A DNA stretch of 64,000 nucleotides, from contig CAVPLT010000001.1 of the NCBI GenBank assembly GCA_963706325.1, positions 576,001-640,000 on the forward strand, written 5' to 3'. The position numbers were made by a program, and so were the translations under genes. The notes under the pieces were generated by a model. It had not been told where the DNA came from, did no database searches, and saw nothing but the letters and a program-made list of their open reading frames with translations. Numbering within the stretch: position 1 is the first letter of the stretch; every line of letters starts with the position of its first letter. This stretch comes from an uncultured Nitrospiraceae bacterium (GTDB lineage Bacteria; Nitrospirota; Nitrospiria; Nitrospirales; Nitrospiraceae). Below are positions 38,767-48,263 of the stretch, piece after piece.

Positions 38767-40418
38767 CGCGGGGATACCTTCGCAATGGCCTCACTGGGGA
38801 TGGACAAGAGTCCAATGGATGATATTGCGCGTGGATTGTTCATGGGATGTTCTGCGACGGGGACGACTTTGGTAATACGGGCGATCAGCGGATCAACCCC
38901 TGATCGGACGACCGAGTACAGATGTCCCGGGAAAATTCCGAAGCTGATGCTGACGGTGATCATGATCAGAAGGGGCATGCGATCGATGACGGTCACGGCA
39001 TCGTGCGAGTGGCTGTATTTCTCCGCCATCGATCCATAGAACAGCCCGCGCATCATTTTGAACAGGTAGGCCATCGTCAGCACGATACCTAGGACGGCGA
39101 CGACGACTTGGAACGGATACTTGTTCCAGCTGCCGACAATAATCATGACTTCGGCAATAAAGTTCACGGTGCCGGGCATGCCGATGGAGGCCATGCAGCC
39201 TATGACAAACGCGGCGGAGATGAAGGGCATCCGGTTGGATAAGCCTCCCAGCGAAGGAATGTCGCGGGTATGTGTTTGGTCATACACCCACCCTGCCATC
39301 GCAAACAACATCCCGGTGGCCATGGCGTGAGCGAACATGTAAATGACGGCTCCACTGAGGCTGATGTAATCGAGCGCAGCCATGCCGAGGAATACGTAGC
39401 CCATGTGGCTGGAACTGGAATACCCGATCACATATTTTGTGTCTTTCGCATAATACGCGACCAGCCCCCCATAAATGATGCTGAAGACGCAGAGGACGGC
39501 CGCGATCGGCATGAGTTCACGCGTGGTTTCTGGCAGAATTTCGAATGCCACTCGAATGATCGAGAAGTGTCCTAACTTCATCAACACGCCGGCATGTAGC
39601 ATGCTGGTCGCCGCCGGTGCGGCCGCATGGCCGACCGGAGACCAGGAATGCAAAGGCCAGATCGGAGCGATCGACGCAAATCCGAAGAAGATCAACAACC
39701 AGATAATCGTTGCGAGTGGACCGGAGAAATGAGCCTGTTCTCGCAGAATCAAAATGTCGAAGGTGTTGAGCCCTGAGAATTTGTAGATCAGGAGAATGCC
39801 CATCAACGCTGCGACCGCAAAAGCTGAGAGAAACAGCACAAGCTTCATGGCCGCGTATTCTTTGCTGTTGGCGCCGAAATTAAAGATGAAGCCTACCGAG
39901 TCTCGCTGCTTCAGCCCTGCGGGGTCCGTCATTTCGAGGTACTTCTTGGTGTGGCTACCCCACATCCCAAGGAGGAGATACATGGGGATGACCGACATTT
40001 CGTAAAAGAAATAGAGGAAGAAAAGATCCAGCGACATGAAGACGCCGATCGTGGCGGCAGCCAGAATCAAGATCCAGATATAAAACTCCTTCACCCGATC
40101 TTTGATGTGCCACGACACGAATATGCCGGCGAAGAGCAAAATGGACGAGGCCAATACCAGCGGAGTGCCGATTCCGTCCACGCCCAGATGGAGCGAAATT
40201 CCCAGCTGACGCGACCATTCGATTCGCTGGAGAAACTGAAAGCCGCCTTTCAGCGGATCGTACGCGTAAAAGAGATACATCGATGCTGTGAGAGATACAA
40301 AAGCGGAACCGGCAGCAATGCCTCGCACGAGCGAAAGCTGACGGTTGGACACAAAGATCAAGGCCAACGCTCCGACAAACGGCGCAAACAAAATGATGAG
40401 GAGTGTGTATTCAGCCAT
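38763..40418 (-). CDS. nuoM: NADH-quinone oxidoreductase subunit M (second copy)
   Basis: LGVDG, FFYE..VIPMYLL, PLHSW, LMKLG and ASIGMPGT motifs. Confidence 0.92.
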   Translation of the reverse strand: MAEYTLLIILFAPFVGALALIFVSNRQLSLVRGIAAGSAFVSLTASMYLFYAYDPLKGGFQFLQRIEWSRQLGISLHLGVDGIGTPLVLASSILLFAGIFVSWHIKDRVKEFYIWILILAAATIGVFMSLDLFFLYFFYEMSVIPMYLLLGMWGSHTKKYLEMTDPAGLKQRDSVGFIFNFGANSKEYAAMKLVLFLSAFAVAALMGILLIYKFSGLNTFDILILREQAHFSGPLATIIWLLIFFGFASIAPIWPLHSWSPVGHAAAPAATSMLHAGVLMKLGHFSIIRVAFEILPETTRELMPIAAVLCVFSIIYGGLVAYYAKDTKYVIGYSSSSHMGYVFLGMAALDYISLSGAVIYMFAHAMATGMLFAMAGWVYDQTHTRDIPSLGGLSNRMPFISAAFVIGCMASIGMPGTVNFIAEVMIIVGSWNKYPFQVVVAVLGIVLTMAYLFKMMRGLFYGSMAEKYSHSHDAVTVIDRMPLLIMITVSISFGIFPGHLYSVVRSGVDPLIARITKVVPVAEHPMNNPRAISSIGLLSIPSEAIAKVSPR

Positions 40419-40425
40419 GGTCTTT

Positions 40426-41985
40426 TTATTTCGGAAGCACGTGGACGATGTTGTCTACGGAAGCCACTTTCGCACGATCCAGCCGGTCGACGAGGGCCTG
40501 AATCGACCCGTTCATCATGCGCAGGAAGGGCGAGGGGTACAGCCCGATCCACAAGATCATAATCGACAGTGACAGCGCAATGGTGATCTCCCGCATTTGC
40601 AAATCTTTGATCGCTGCCGACACGTTCTTCGTCAGGGGCCCGAGCATTGCGCGCTCGTAGTACCAGAGAAAATAGGCTGCTCCGAAGATCACGCCGAGGA
40701 CGGCAACGGCGCCATACCACCATTTGGCTTTGAATGCGCCAAGAAGGATCAGGAATTCTCCGACGAATCCGTTCGTGCCGGGTAATCCGATGGAGGCCAT
40801 GCCGATCAAGAGGAGAAAGGTGGCTAAAAGCGGGACTTGTTTCGCAAACCCTCCGAAGGCGGACAAGTGAGTACTCTGCTGCCTGGTCGATAAGAAGCCC
40901 GCCATGAAAAACAAACCGGCGGTGCTGAATCCCAGGTTGATCATGGTCAATAGGCTGCCCTGCAAGCCTTGAAAATTCAAGGCAAAGAGCCCCACCACGA
41001 CGAAGCCCAAGTGACTGATGCTGCTGAACGCGAGGAGACGCTTGAAGTCTGATTGGACGAGCGCCACGACTGCCCCATAGAGGATTGCCGTGAGGGCCAG
41101 CACCATCACGATGGCGACCACGCCTTCGCTTTTGGAGGCATCTGGAACCAACGGGAAGGTAAAGCGAAGGAATCCATAGGTGCCCAGTTTCATGCCTGCC
41201 AGCATGACGGCCATACCGATGGGGCCTTCAACCAAGGCATCGGGGAGCCAGGTGTGAAACGGGAACACCGGCGCTTTGAAAGCGAATCCCATGAACATGA
41301 GCCAGAAAATCAAGATCTGCTGTGAGAGTGGAATTGGGACAGACAGTAATTGCAGCAGGTCGAACGAATAGACTTCGTCAAGGTGATGGGTTACGGCCCA
41401 CTGGTGATAATTGATATCGAGCAACGCGATACCTACCAGCATAAAGACGCTTCCGAGGAGAGTGTAGAGCACATATTTGAGCGCGGCATAGTGGCGGTCA
41501 GGTCCGCCGCCCCACAGTTTGATCAAGAAATAACTGGGGATGAGCATGAGCTCCCAGAAGACGAAGAATAGAATCAAGTCGATGGAGACAAAGATGCCGA
41601 TCGTCGTCGTTTCAAGGGCCAGGAGTGCCATGAAGTAAAGCCGGACCTGGTTGCGCACCGTATCCCAGGAATAGATCACGACCAGCACGGTCAGGAAGGC
41701 CGTCAGCCCGACAAAGAGCACACTGATGCCATCGACCGCCAGGTGGTACCCGATGCCGAGCGCAGGCATCCAGCGGGCATGTTCGGCGAACTGCATCGCG
41801 GCGGAGTCCGGCACGAAGCGCAATAACACCAGAACCGCCAGTGCCAGCTCTATCAGGGTGATGCCCAAGGCGGTTGTTTTTACGAGATCTTCATCTTCGA
41901 TCAACCAGAGGAGGGCTGCCCCAACCAACGGAAGGAAGATCAGATAGGAGAGAATAGGGAAACCAAAACTAAACTCTTCAAGCAT
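40426..41985 (-). CDS. nuoM: NADH-quinone oxidoreductase subunit M (first copy)
   Basis: AVDGIS, FWELMLIP, KAPVFPFHTWLPDA, KLGTYG and IGLPGTNGFVGEF motifs. Confidence 0.95.
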   Translation of the reverse strand: MLEEFSFGFPILSYLIFLPLVGAALLWLIEDEDLVKTTALGITLIELALAVLVLLRFVPDSAAMQFAEHARWMPALGIGYHLAVDGISVLFVGLTAFLTVLVVIYSWDTVRNQVRLYFMALLALETTTIGIFVSIDLILFFVFWELMLIPSYFLIKLWGGGPDRHYAALKYVLYTLLGSVFMLVGIALLDINYHQWAVTHHLDEVYSFDLLQLLSVPIPLSQQILIFWLMFMGFAFKAPVFPFHTWLPDALVEGPIGMAVMLAGMKLGTYGFLRFTFPLVPDASKSEGVVAIVMVLALTAILYGAVVALVQSDFKRLLAFSSISHLGFVVVGLFALNFQGLQGSLLTMINLGFSTAGLFFMAGFLSTRQQSTHLSAFGGFAKQVPLLATFLLLIGMASIGLPGTNGFVGEFLILLGAFKAKWWYGAVAVLGVIFGAAYFLWYYERAMLGPLTKNVSAAIKDLQMREITIALSLSIMILWIGLYPSPFLRMMNGSIQALVDRLDRAKVASVDNIVHVLPK

Positions 41986-42009
41986 TATGTGTCCACAAAC
42001 TCCGCTGCG

Positions 42010-44013
42010 TCAGCGTGACCCGTATCCGCTGGAACCGGATCCGGTCCAAATGAGAAAAACGATATGCACGAGAATAAATAGTCCCGCCACGATAATGGCC
42101 GCATATTGATGCACCATCCCCGTTTGGAGACGGCGCCATGAGCGAGCCAGTTGGTGATTTGCATAGCCGATAATATTCAAGAAGGCATAAACAATGTGTT
42201 TTTCGGTCCAAGTGATGGCGGCTGAGCTGGCGTCGGTTCCATGGTCAACTGACCGAATAAGGCCATCAATGATGGTGCGATCGAACCAATCGCACAATTG
42301 GCCAAGCCGCTTCGTAGGTTCTACGAACAGCGTGTCGTAAAGTTCGTCCACATAGTATTTGTTGAGCAGCGTCGTATACAGACCGGGCATTCGGCTAGCC
42401 AGCGCCTCTGCCGCAGTGGAGTGGCCGCAATAAAAATAATGGGCGAGCCCCCACCCAAGCAGTGCGATAACGGTGGCGGTGCCCATTAGGCCGAATATCA
42501 CGACAGGTGCGGTGGCATGCTCTTCACCGGCCACGCCTGCAACCGAATGGAGGAAATGATGAAACCAGCCGTTTTCGGGTGGGATGCCGGGAATGCCCCC
42601 GATGACGGACAGTGTGGCTAAGACCACCAAGGGACCGATCATGACCATGGGGGATTCGTGGATATGTGCAGCGGTGTGATGGTCCATCCGCGAGGTTCCA
42701 TAAAATGTAAGGTACGTCAGACGGAACATGTAAAACGAGGTCAGGAACGCGCCCGTCGCAGCCATGCCATAGAGTAGATAATGCTGGTGAACGAACGCAT
42801 GGCCCATGATTTCATCCTTACTCCAGAATCCCGCCAATGGAGGAATCCCTGCGATCGCAATCGTACCGATCAGAAAGAGCATGTGTGTCCAGGGAATCCT
42901 CGACTTCAAGGCGCCCATCTTGCGGATATCCTGCTCGCCGGATAGCGCATGGATGACTGAGCCGGCGGACAGAAACAGGAGGGCCTTGAAAAAGGCGTGG
43001 GTCATGAGATGGAACACTGCGGCTGTATAGGCGCCGAGCCCGCACCCCAGGAACATATAGCCGAGTTGGCTAACTGTGGAATAGGCCAAGACACGCTTGA
43101 TGTCGGTTTGGACCAGCCCGATCGTCGCCGCGAAGAGCGCCGTGAGACCTCCGATCCAGGCTACGGTCGTCATGGCAACAGGTGACAGATCGAAGATGGC
43201 ATGATTGCGGACAATCATATAGACGCCGGCCGTGACCATGGTGGCAGCATGAATCAGAGCGCTGACCGGGGTCGGGCCTTCCATGGCATCGGGCAGCCAG
43301 GTATAGAGAGGGAGTTGGGCGGATTTTCCAACGGCGCCGACTAAGAGGCAGAGCGCGATCGCTGTGGCCATTTCAGGGGATAGCTGGGCGGCATTCTGCA
43401 TGACTTGGGTATAGTCGAGGGTCCGAAAGTTTACGAACACCAGGAAAATCGCCAAGAGAAACCCTGCGTCGCCGATTCGATTGACCACGAAAGCCTTGGT
43501 GGCCGCTTTGGCGGCGGAAACCTTGTCGTAGTAGTACCCGATGAGCAGATAGGAGCAGAGGCCGACGCCTTCCCATCCGATAAAGAGGACCACGTAGTTA
43601 TTGCCCATCACGAGCAACAACATCGAGACCATAAAGAGGTTCATATATACGAAGAATCGCGTGAAGCCGGTTTCCCCATGCATGTACCCGACGGAGTACA
43701 CATGAATCAGGAACCCGACCCCCGTGATGACCAGCAGCATGATGCAGGTCAGAGGATCGATCAAATAGGCAAGATTGATCGTGAGGTCGCCGCCGAAGAT
43801 CCATTTATAGGCGATCACTTCGCGGGCGGCGCCCGTTCTGAGCGTCTCCGTGAAGACCGCCAGCACGCAGAGGAAGGAAAGCAGGACCGATCCCCATGCG
43901 AACCGGTGTGCCAGGTCGTGCGAATAACGGTGTCCGAAGAGGCCGTTCACGAGGACGGCCATCAGCGGAAACAGAGGAATCAATTTGACGATCAGATCGA
44001 TGGAGTCGGACAC
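42010..44013 (-). CDS. nuoL: NADH-quinone oxidoreductase subunit L
   Basis: GWEGVGLCSYLLIG, GKSAQLPLYTWLPDAMEGPTPVSALIHAATMV and THAFFKA motifs. Confidence 0.96.
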   Translation of the reverse strand: MSDSIDLIVKLIPLFPLMAVLVNGLFGHRYSHDLAHRFAWGSVLLSFLCVLAVFTETLRTGAAREVIAYKWIFGGDLTINLAYLIDPLTCIMLLVITGVGFLIHVYSVGYMHGETGFTRFFVYMNLFMVSMLLLVMGNNYVVLFIGWEGVGLCSYLLIGYYYDKVSAAKAATKAFVVNRIGDAGFLLAIFLVFVNFRTLDYTQVMQNAAQLSPEMATAIALCLLVGAVGKSAQLPLYTWLPDAMEGPTPVSALIHAATMVTAGVYMIVRNHAIFDLSPVAMTTVAWIGGLTALFAATIGLVQTDIKRVLAYSTVSQLGYMFLGCGLGAYTAAVFHLMTHAFFKALLFLSAGSVIHALSGEQDIRKMGALKSRIPWTHMLFLIGTIAIAGIPPLAGFWSKDEIMGHAFVHQHYLLYGMAATGAFLTSFYMFRLTYLTFYGTSRMDHHTAAHIHESPMVMIGPLVVLATLSVIGGIPGIPPENGWFHHFLHSVAGVAGEEHATAPVVIFGLMGTATVIALLGWGLAHYFYCGHSTAAEALASRMPGLYTTLLNKYYVDELYDTLFVEPTKRLGQLCDWFDRTIIDGLIRSVDHGTDASSAAITWTEKHIVYAFLNIIGYANHQLARSWRRLQTGMVHQYAAIIVAGLFILVHIVFLIWTGSGSSGYGSR

Positions 44014-44014
44014 G

Positions 44015-44317
44015 TTACCACTTCAAAAGATTCATTTCATCGACGTTGGTAGAAATCTTGCCGCGGAAGACGACAATAATGATGGCCAATCCAATAGCTG
44101 CTTCGCCGGCTGCGATCGCGATGATGAAGAGTGCGACGATCTGCCCCTGCATGGAGTCGAGGTAATGGGAAAAGGCGACCAGGTTGATGGTGGACGCGTT
44201 CAGCATAATTTCGACAGACATCAGTACAATAATGAAATTGCGACGGATCAGTACACCGAGCAACCCCGTCGCAAATAGCACCGCACTCACAACCACATAG
44301 GCGGACAAAGGTATCAT
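44015..44317 (-). CDS. nuoK: NADH-quinone oxidoreductase subunit K
   Basis: RRN..LMSVEIMLN and AAGEAAIGLA motifs. Confidence 0.96.
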   Translation of the reverse strand: MIPLSAYVVVSAVLFATGLLGVLIRRNFIIVLMSVEIMLNASTINLVAFSHYLDSMQGQIVALFIIAIAAGEAAIGLAIIIVVFRGKISTNVDEMNLLKW

Positions 44318-44838
44318 GCGTCGCGCCTCGTCTCGATCGATTTGGGCGTTTTGGCGAGAACGATGGCGCCGACGATGGCGCCCGTTAGGAAGACACCGAT
44401 AATTTCAAATTGCAGCAAGTACTCGCTGAACATTTTGATGCCGATGGCATGGGCATCACCGTTCAAGAGAATGGCCGCCGGGGTCGCATCGCCTTTTGCA
44501 CCTGCGAATGGTGATCGCACCAACAAGAACAAGAGATAGATCAGTCCAATGGCTGCGGGAGCCAATAGATAAGGGGTCTTGGCATGGAAGTAACGATCAT
44601 CGGTCTTGAGATTCAACAGCATGAGGACAAACAGATACAGCACTAGGATAGCGCCTGCATAGACGATCACCTGGACAGCCCACAAGAACTCGGCGTTCAG
44701 CATAATGAACAGACCCGAGACGTGGAGGAGTAGGGCAAGGAGCGCCAGGCCGCATTGCACCGGGTGCTTCAGCGACACCGTGAGAATACCGGCGACAATA
44801 CTTACCACTGCGAAATACGCGAAAAATACGAAGGCCAT
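44314..44838 (-). CDS. nuoJ: NADH-quinone oxidoreductase subunit J
   Basis: AEFL..VQVIVYAGAILVLYLFVLMLL and YLLQFE motifs. Confidence 0.95.
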   Translation of the reverse strand: MAFVFFAYFAVVSIVAGILTVSLKHPVQCGLALLALLLHVSGLFIMLNAEFLWAVQVIVYAGAILVLYLFVLMLLNLKTDDRYFHAKTPYLLAPAAIGLIYLLFLLVRSPFAGAKGDATPAAILLNGDAHAIGIKMFSEYLLQFEIIGVFLTGAIVGAIVLAKTPKSIETRRDA

Positions 44839-44849
44839 AACGGTACGAT

Positions 44850-45437
44850 TCAACTCAAATGTTTGGGTTGTGACTGTGTGGGTTTGAGAACCGACTGCGG
44901 AAAGTAATAACGATACTCCCGGCTCTCCTCCGAGTTTTTTTCTTGGTTATGGGCATACAGATATTTCTTGGCATCTTCAAGATGGCGTTCGCCTATCTCA
45001 TAGAGCCGCTTCTTGTCGAACAGCAAGGTGCGCTTGTCATGCGTGGAGTATTCATACATCTTGGTCATCGCCAGCGCGTTGACGGGGCATGCCTCCACGC
45101 AGTAGCCGCAAAAGACGCATTTGGTGATGTCGATATAGAACTCGGTGGCGTAGCGCTGCAGCGGACGACTGGGGTCTTCCTGGCTGATCACTTTAATGCA
45201 ACGGGAGGGGCAAGCTGCTTCGCAGAGGTCACAACCCACGCATCGCTCATGTCCATCGTCGTAACGAAGCAGTCCTAACGCGCCGCGATGACCATCCGGA
45301 ATCGTCCGCTGCTCACGCGGATACTGAAAGGTGATCGGGCGATGGAACATGTGCTTGAAGGTGACCTTCATGGCGTCCCAGATTTCGTAGAACAACGCCG
45401 CTTCAAGAAGTTTTTTGGTCCGTGCCACGACACTCAT
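44850..45437 (-). CDS. nuoI: NADH-quinone oxidoreductase subunit I
   Basis: Two CxxCxxCxxxCP motifs and TFQYP. Confidence 0.95.
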   Translation of the reverse strand: MSVVARTKKLLEAALFYEIWDAMKVTFKHMFHRPITFQYPREQRTIPDGHRGALGLLRYDDGHERCVGCDLCEAACPSRCIKVISQEDPSRPLQRYATEFYIDITKCVFCGYCVEACPVNALAMTKMYEYSTHDKRTLLFDKKRLYEIGERHLEDAKKYLYAHNQEKNSEESREYRYYFPQSVLKPTQSQPKHLS

Positions 45438-45482
45438 TCACACCACCCTCTGACGATATCAAAAAGACGGACGAGCTTACTC

Positions 45483-48191
45483 TTACGCACCGACCTTTTC
45501 AATCTTCACGCGCGTCGACTTGAAGTATGGCACTCCCGTCACGCTGTCGGCCTCCACAGCCATCAAATCTTTTACCGGCGGCTCATTGAAGTGCTCCGGA
45601 TAGAAACACGATCCGGGCAAGACATTGGGATCTGCCTTCACGCCTAGCTCGGCCGCGCCCTGTTGTGAGCTCAGGCGAATAGTAGATTGTTCGTTGAGGC
45701 CGAGTTGTTGTAGATCGGCGGGGTTCATCCTCAGTCGACCAGTGTTTGGCTCAATATTAATGAGACCGGAGGCTCGCGTGGACATTTTCCCGGAGTGATA
45801 AAGCACTTGCCCTGTCACGAGCGTGAATGGCCGAGTGGTGTCAATCGAGGACTGCCCCGACACCTGACTGCGATATCGGCTTTCGACTTCGGACGCATAG
45901 CCGTTCGACAAATACGCGTCGGCCGAGGGCGCATTCCGACGGGGCTGGCCGAGATTGTAGTAGCCAGGGAGCAGCTTCATGATTTCATTTTGCACGTCTT
46001 GCGCAGACTCATAGGGCCATTCATACCCAAGGCCGTTGGCCAACGAAGTCATAATGTGCCAGTCCGGCAGGCTTTCCCCCACCTGGTCGAGCGCTTGGCG
46101 AACGCGCAGGACCTTCCCCTCGAGATTGGTGAAGGTCCCATCTTTCTCGGCATAGGTTGCGGCAGGAAGAACGATATGCGCCAGTTGACCGGTTTCGGTG
46201 AGAAAGGGATCTTGTACGATCAGGAGTTCCAACTTTTCAAGCGTCCGCTTCACATCCAGGGAGGCGGGTAACGTCGCCAAGGGGTTTTCCCCGATGACGT
46301 AGAGTGCCTTGATCTGACCGCTCCGAATGCGGGAAAAAATTTCCAAAAGATTCGCGCCGCTGTCCTCGGCCGGCAGGGTGACGTCCCAGGCCTTGCCGAA
46401 TCGTTCCCTGGCACTGGGGTCATCATAACGAGCCTGTCCCGGGAGGAACTCCGGCGCGACCCCCATGTCGACGGCGCCCTGTTCATTGATTTCTTCGGTG
46501 ACCGTGGTCACCCCGCATCCTGGCTGACCCAGTTTTCCGGTCACCCAGGCGAGGTCGATAAGTTTCAGAACATTTTGGTACCCGTTGAGTCGGCGCACGA
46601 TGCCTTCCGCGCACAGCGCAATGGCGCGCGGGGCTTCTGCGAAAATGGCCGCGGCTTCCCGAATCTGCTCCGCCGGAATACCGGTGTGCGCTGCCACTTG
46701 GTCCAGCGACACCTGTTCCATCGCCCGCTTCAATGCCGCGAATGCCTGCGGATGCCGGGTTGTGCTTGGTTCATCGATCAAATCATGTTCGATGACTGAT
46801 TTGACCAGCCCATCAATGAGAAGCCCTTCCGTACCCGGTTTTATTAAGAGAGGATGTGAGGCGAGTTGCGCGATATTAGTATTGGCCGAATCTACGACGA
46901 TGACCTGTGCGCTATAGACCCGGATCGCTTCCTTGATGCGGACGGAGGTCAGCGGATTCGTTTCCGTAATATTCGAGCCGATCACGAGCACGGCTTTGGC
47001 TTTGGTCAAGTCTTCCCAGTCATTGAGAGGCCGTCCGATGCCGACGGCATGGCGCACGGCGTGCACGTAATTGAGATGACCATAGCGGGCGCTGCTGTCG
47101 AGTTGGTTGGTCCGGAACCCGGCGCGCATGAGTTTTTGGAACAGATAGAGTTCCTCATTGGTGCAGCGAGCTGTAATGAGCCCGGCGATCGATTCCGGTC
47201 CGTGCTTGCGGTGGATGTCCGACAGCCGATCGATCATGCTCTGCATGGTGTCGAGCCACGGAGTTTCGGTCAGCACGTCGCCCCGGCGCATGAGCGGTTG
47301 CCGCAAGCGTTGGTCACTGTCGATGTATTGAAACCCGAATCGCCCCCGGACGCAGATCCCGCCGTGGCCTTTGCTGGTTTCAGCCCGGTCGCCCCATTTA
47401 TTCTTCCACGAGAGCGGCGAAGTGACTCGAACAACTTCGGTATCTTTGGTCTCAAGATGGATTTGGCAACCATCGCCACAATAGTTACAGGTGGTGGTTG
47501 TTTTCTTCATCTGCCACGGCTTGTAGAGGTATTTGGAGTATTTGTTCGTGATGGCGCCCACGGGGCACACGGCCAGGCAGTCGCCGCAGAACTCGCAAGC
47601 CAGAGGCTGGTCGCCCTTGGGTACGACCTGGTTGAAGCCGCCCTTTTTCATGAACTGCAGAGCGTCGATCATTAAGACGTCTTTGCAGACGTTGATGCAT
47701 TCGGCGCAGGCGATGCAACGATTCATGTTGAAGTCGAGCACCAGGCTGCGCGTGTCTTCGGGAATGAACTTTTGTTTCGCATTGGCGAGGTTCGTCACGC
47801 CATGCTGAAAAGCCATGTCCTGCAGCTCGCAATGCCCGTCTGCATCGCAAACGGGACAATCCAAAGGATGAACGGAGAGGTGTTTTTCAACCGCTTTTTT
47901 CCGCGCCGCAAAGAGATCATCTCCGTCGGTTCGGATCACCATGCCGGCGGTTGCCTTGGCAGTACAGGAGCGGACCGGGGCCTTTTTCCCTTCCTGAATG
48001 ACGAGGCACATGCCGCAGGATCCAAACGGATCGAACGTATAGTGGTAGCACATGGCGGGAATGATCTTGCCGGTGCTGGCGATCACATCGTAGAGCGAGA
48101 CGCCGTCCTTTGCCTCAACTGTCCGTCCATCGATGGACAGTTCAATCGTGGCGACTGCGACGTCTGGATTGGTCGCTGGTTTCAAACCCAT
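45483..48191 (-). CDS. nuoG: NuoG / FdhF-like Fe-S protein (902 aa)
   Basis: 2Fe-2S (CYH..SCGMC..SC), HxxxCxxC, two 4Fe-4S motifs, CNYCGDGC..C and a full molybdopterin-oxidoreductase-like body. Confidence 0.85.
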   Translation of the reverse strand: MGLKPATNPDVAVATIELSIDGRTVEAKDGVSLYDVIASTGKIIPAMCYHYTFDPFGSCGMCLVIQEGKKAPVRSCTAKATAGMVIRTDGDDLFAARKKAVEKHLSVHPLDCPVCDADGHCELQDMAFQHGVTNLANAKQKFIPEDTRSLVLDFNMNRCIACAECINVCKDVLMIDALQFMKKGGFNQVVPKGDQPLACEFCGDCLAVCPVGAITNKYSKYLYKPWQMKKTTTTCNYCGDGCQIHLETKDTEVVRVTSPLSWKNKWGDRAETSKGHGGICVRGRFGFQYIDSDQRLRQPLMRRGDVLTETPWLDTMQSMIDRLSDIHRKHGPESIAGLITARCTNEELYLFQKLMRAGFRTNQLDSSARYGHLNYVHAVRHAVGIGRPLNDWEDLTKAKAVLVIGSNITETNPLTSVRIKEAIRVYSAQVIVVDSANTNIAQLASHPLLIKPGTEGLLIDGLVKSVIEHDLIDEPSTTRHPQAFAALKRAMEQVSLDQVAAHTGIPAEQIREAAAIFAEAPRAIALCAEGIVRRLNGYQNVLKLIDLAWVTGKLGQPGCGVTTVTEEINEQGAVDMGVAPEFLPGQARYDDPSARERFGKAWDVTLPAEDSGANLLEIFSRIRSGQIKALYVIGENPLATLPASLDVKRTLEKLELLIVQDPFLTETGQLAHIVLPAATYAEKDGTFTNLEGKVLRVRQALDQVGESLPDWHIMTSLANGLGYEWPYESAQDVQNEIMKLLPGYYNLGQPRRNAPSADAYLSNGYASEVESRYRSQVSGQSSIDTTRPFTLVTGQVLYHSGKMSTRASGLINIEPNTGRLRMNPADLQQLGLNEQSTIRLSSQQGAAELGVKADPNVLPGSCFYPEHFNEPPVKDLMAVEADSVTGVPYFKSTRVKIEKVGA

Positions 48192-48263
48192 GAAATTACC
48201 TCAAGTCAAAAGTGAGCGAACAACTGCGCTCGTCCACTCGCACTTTTTCCTCTGTATCGGTCT

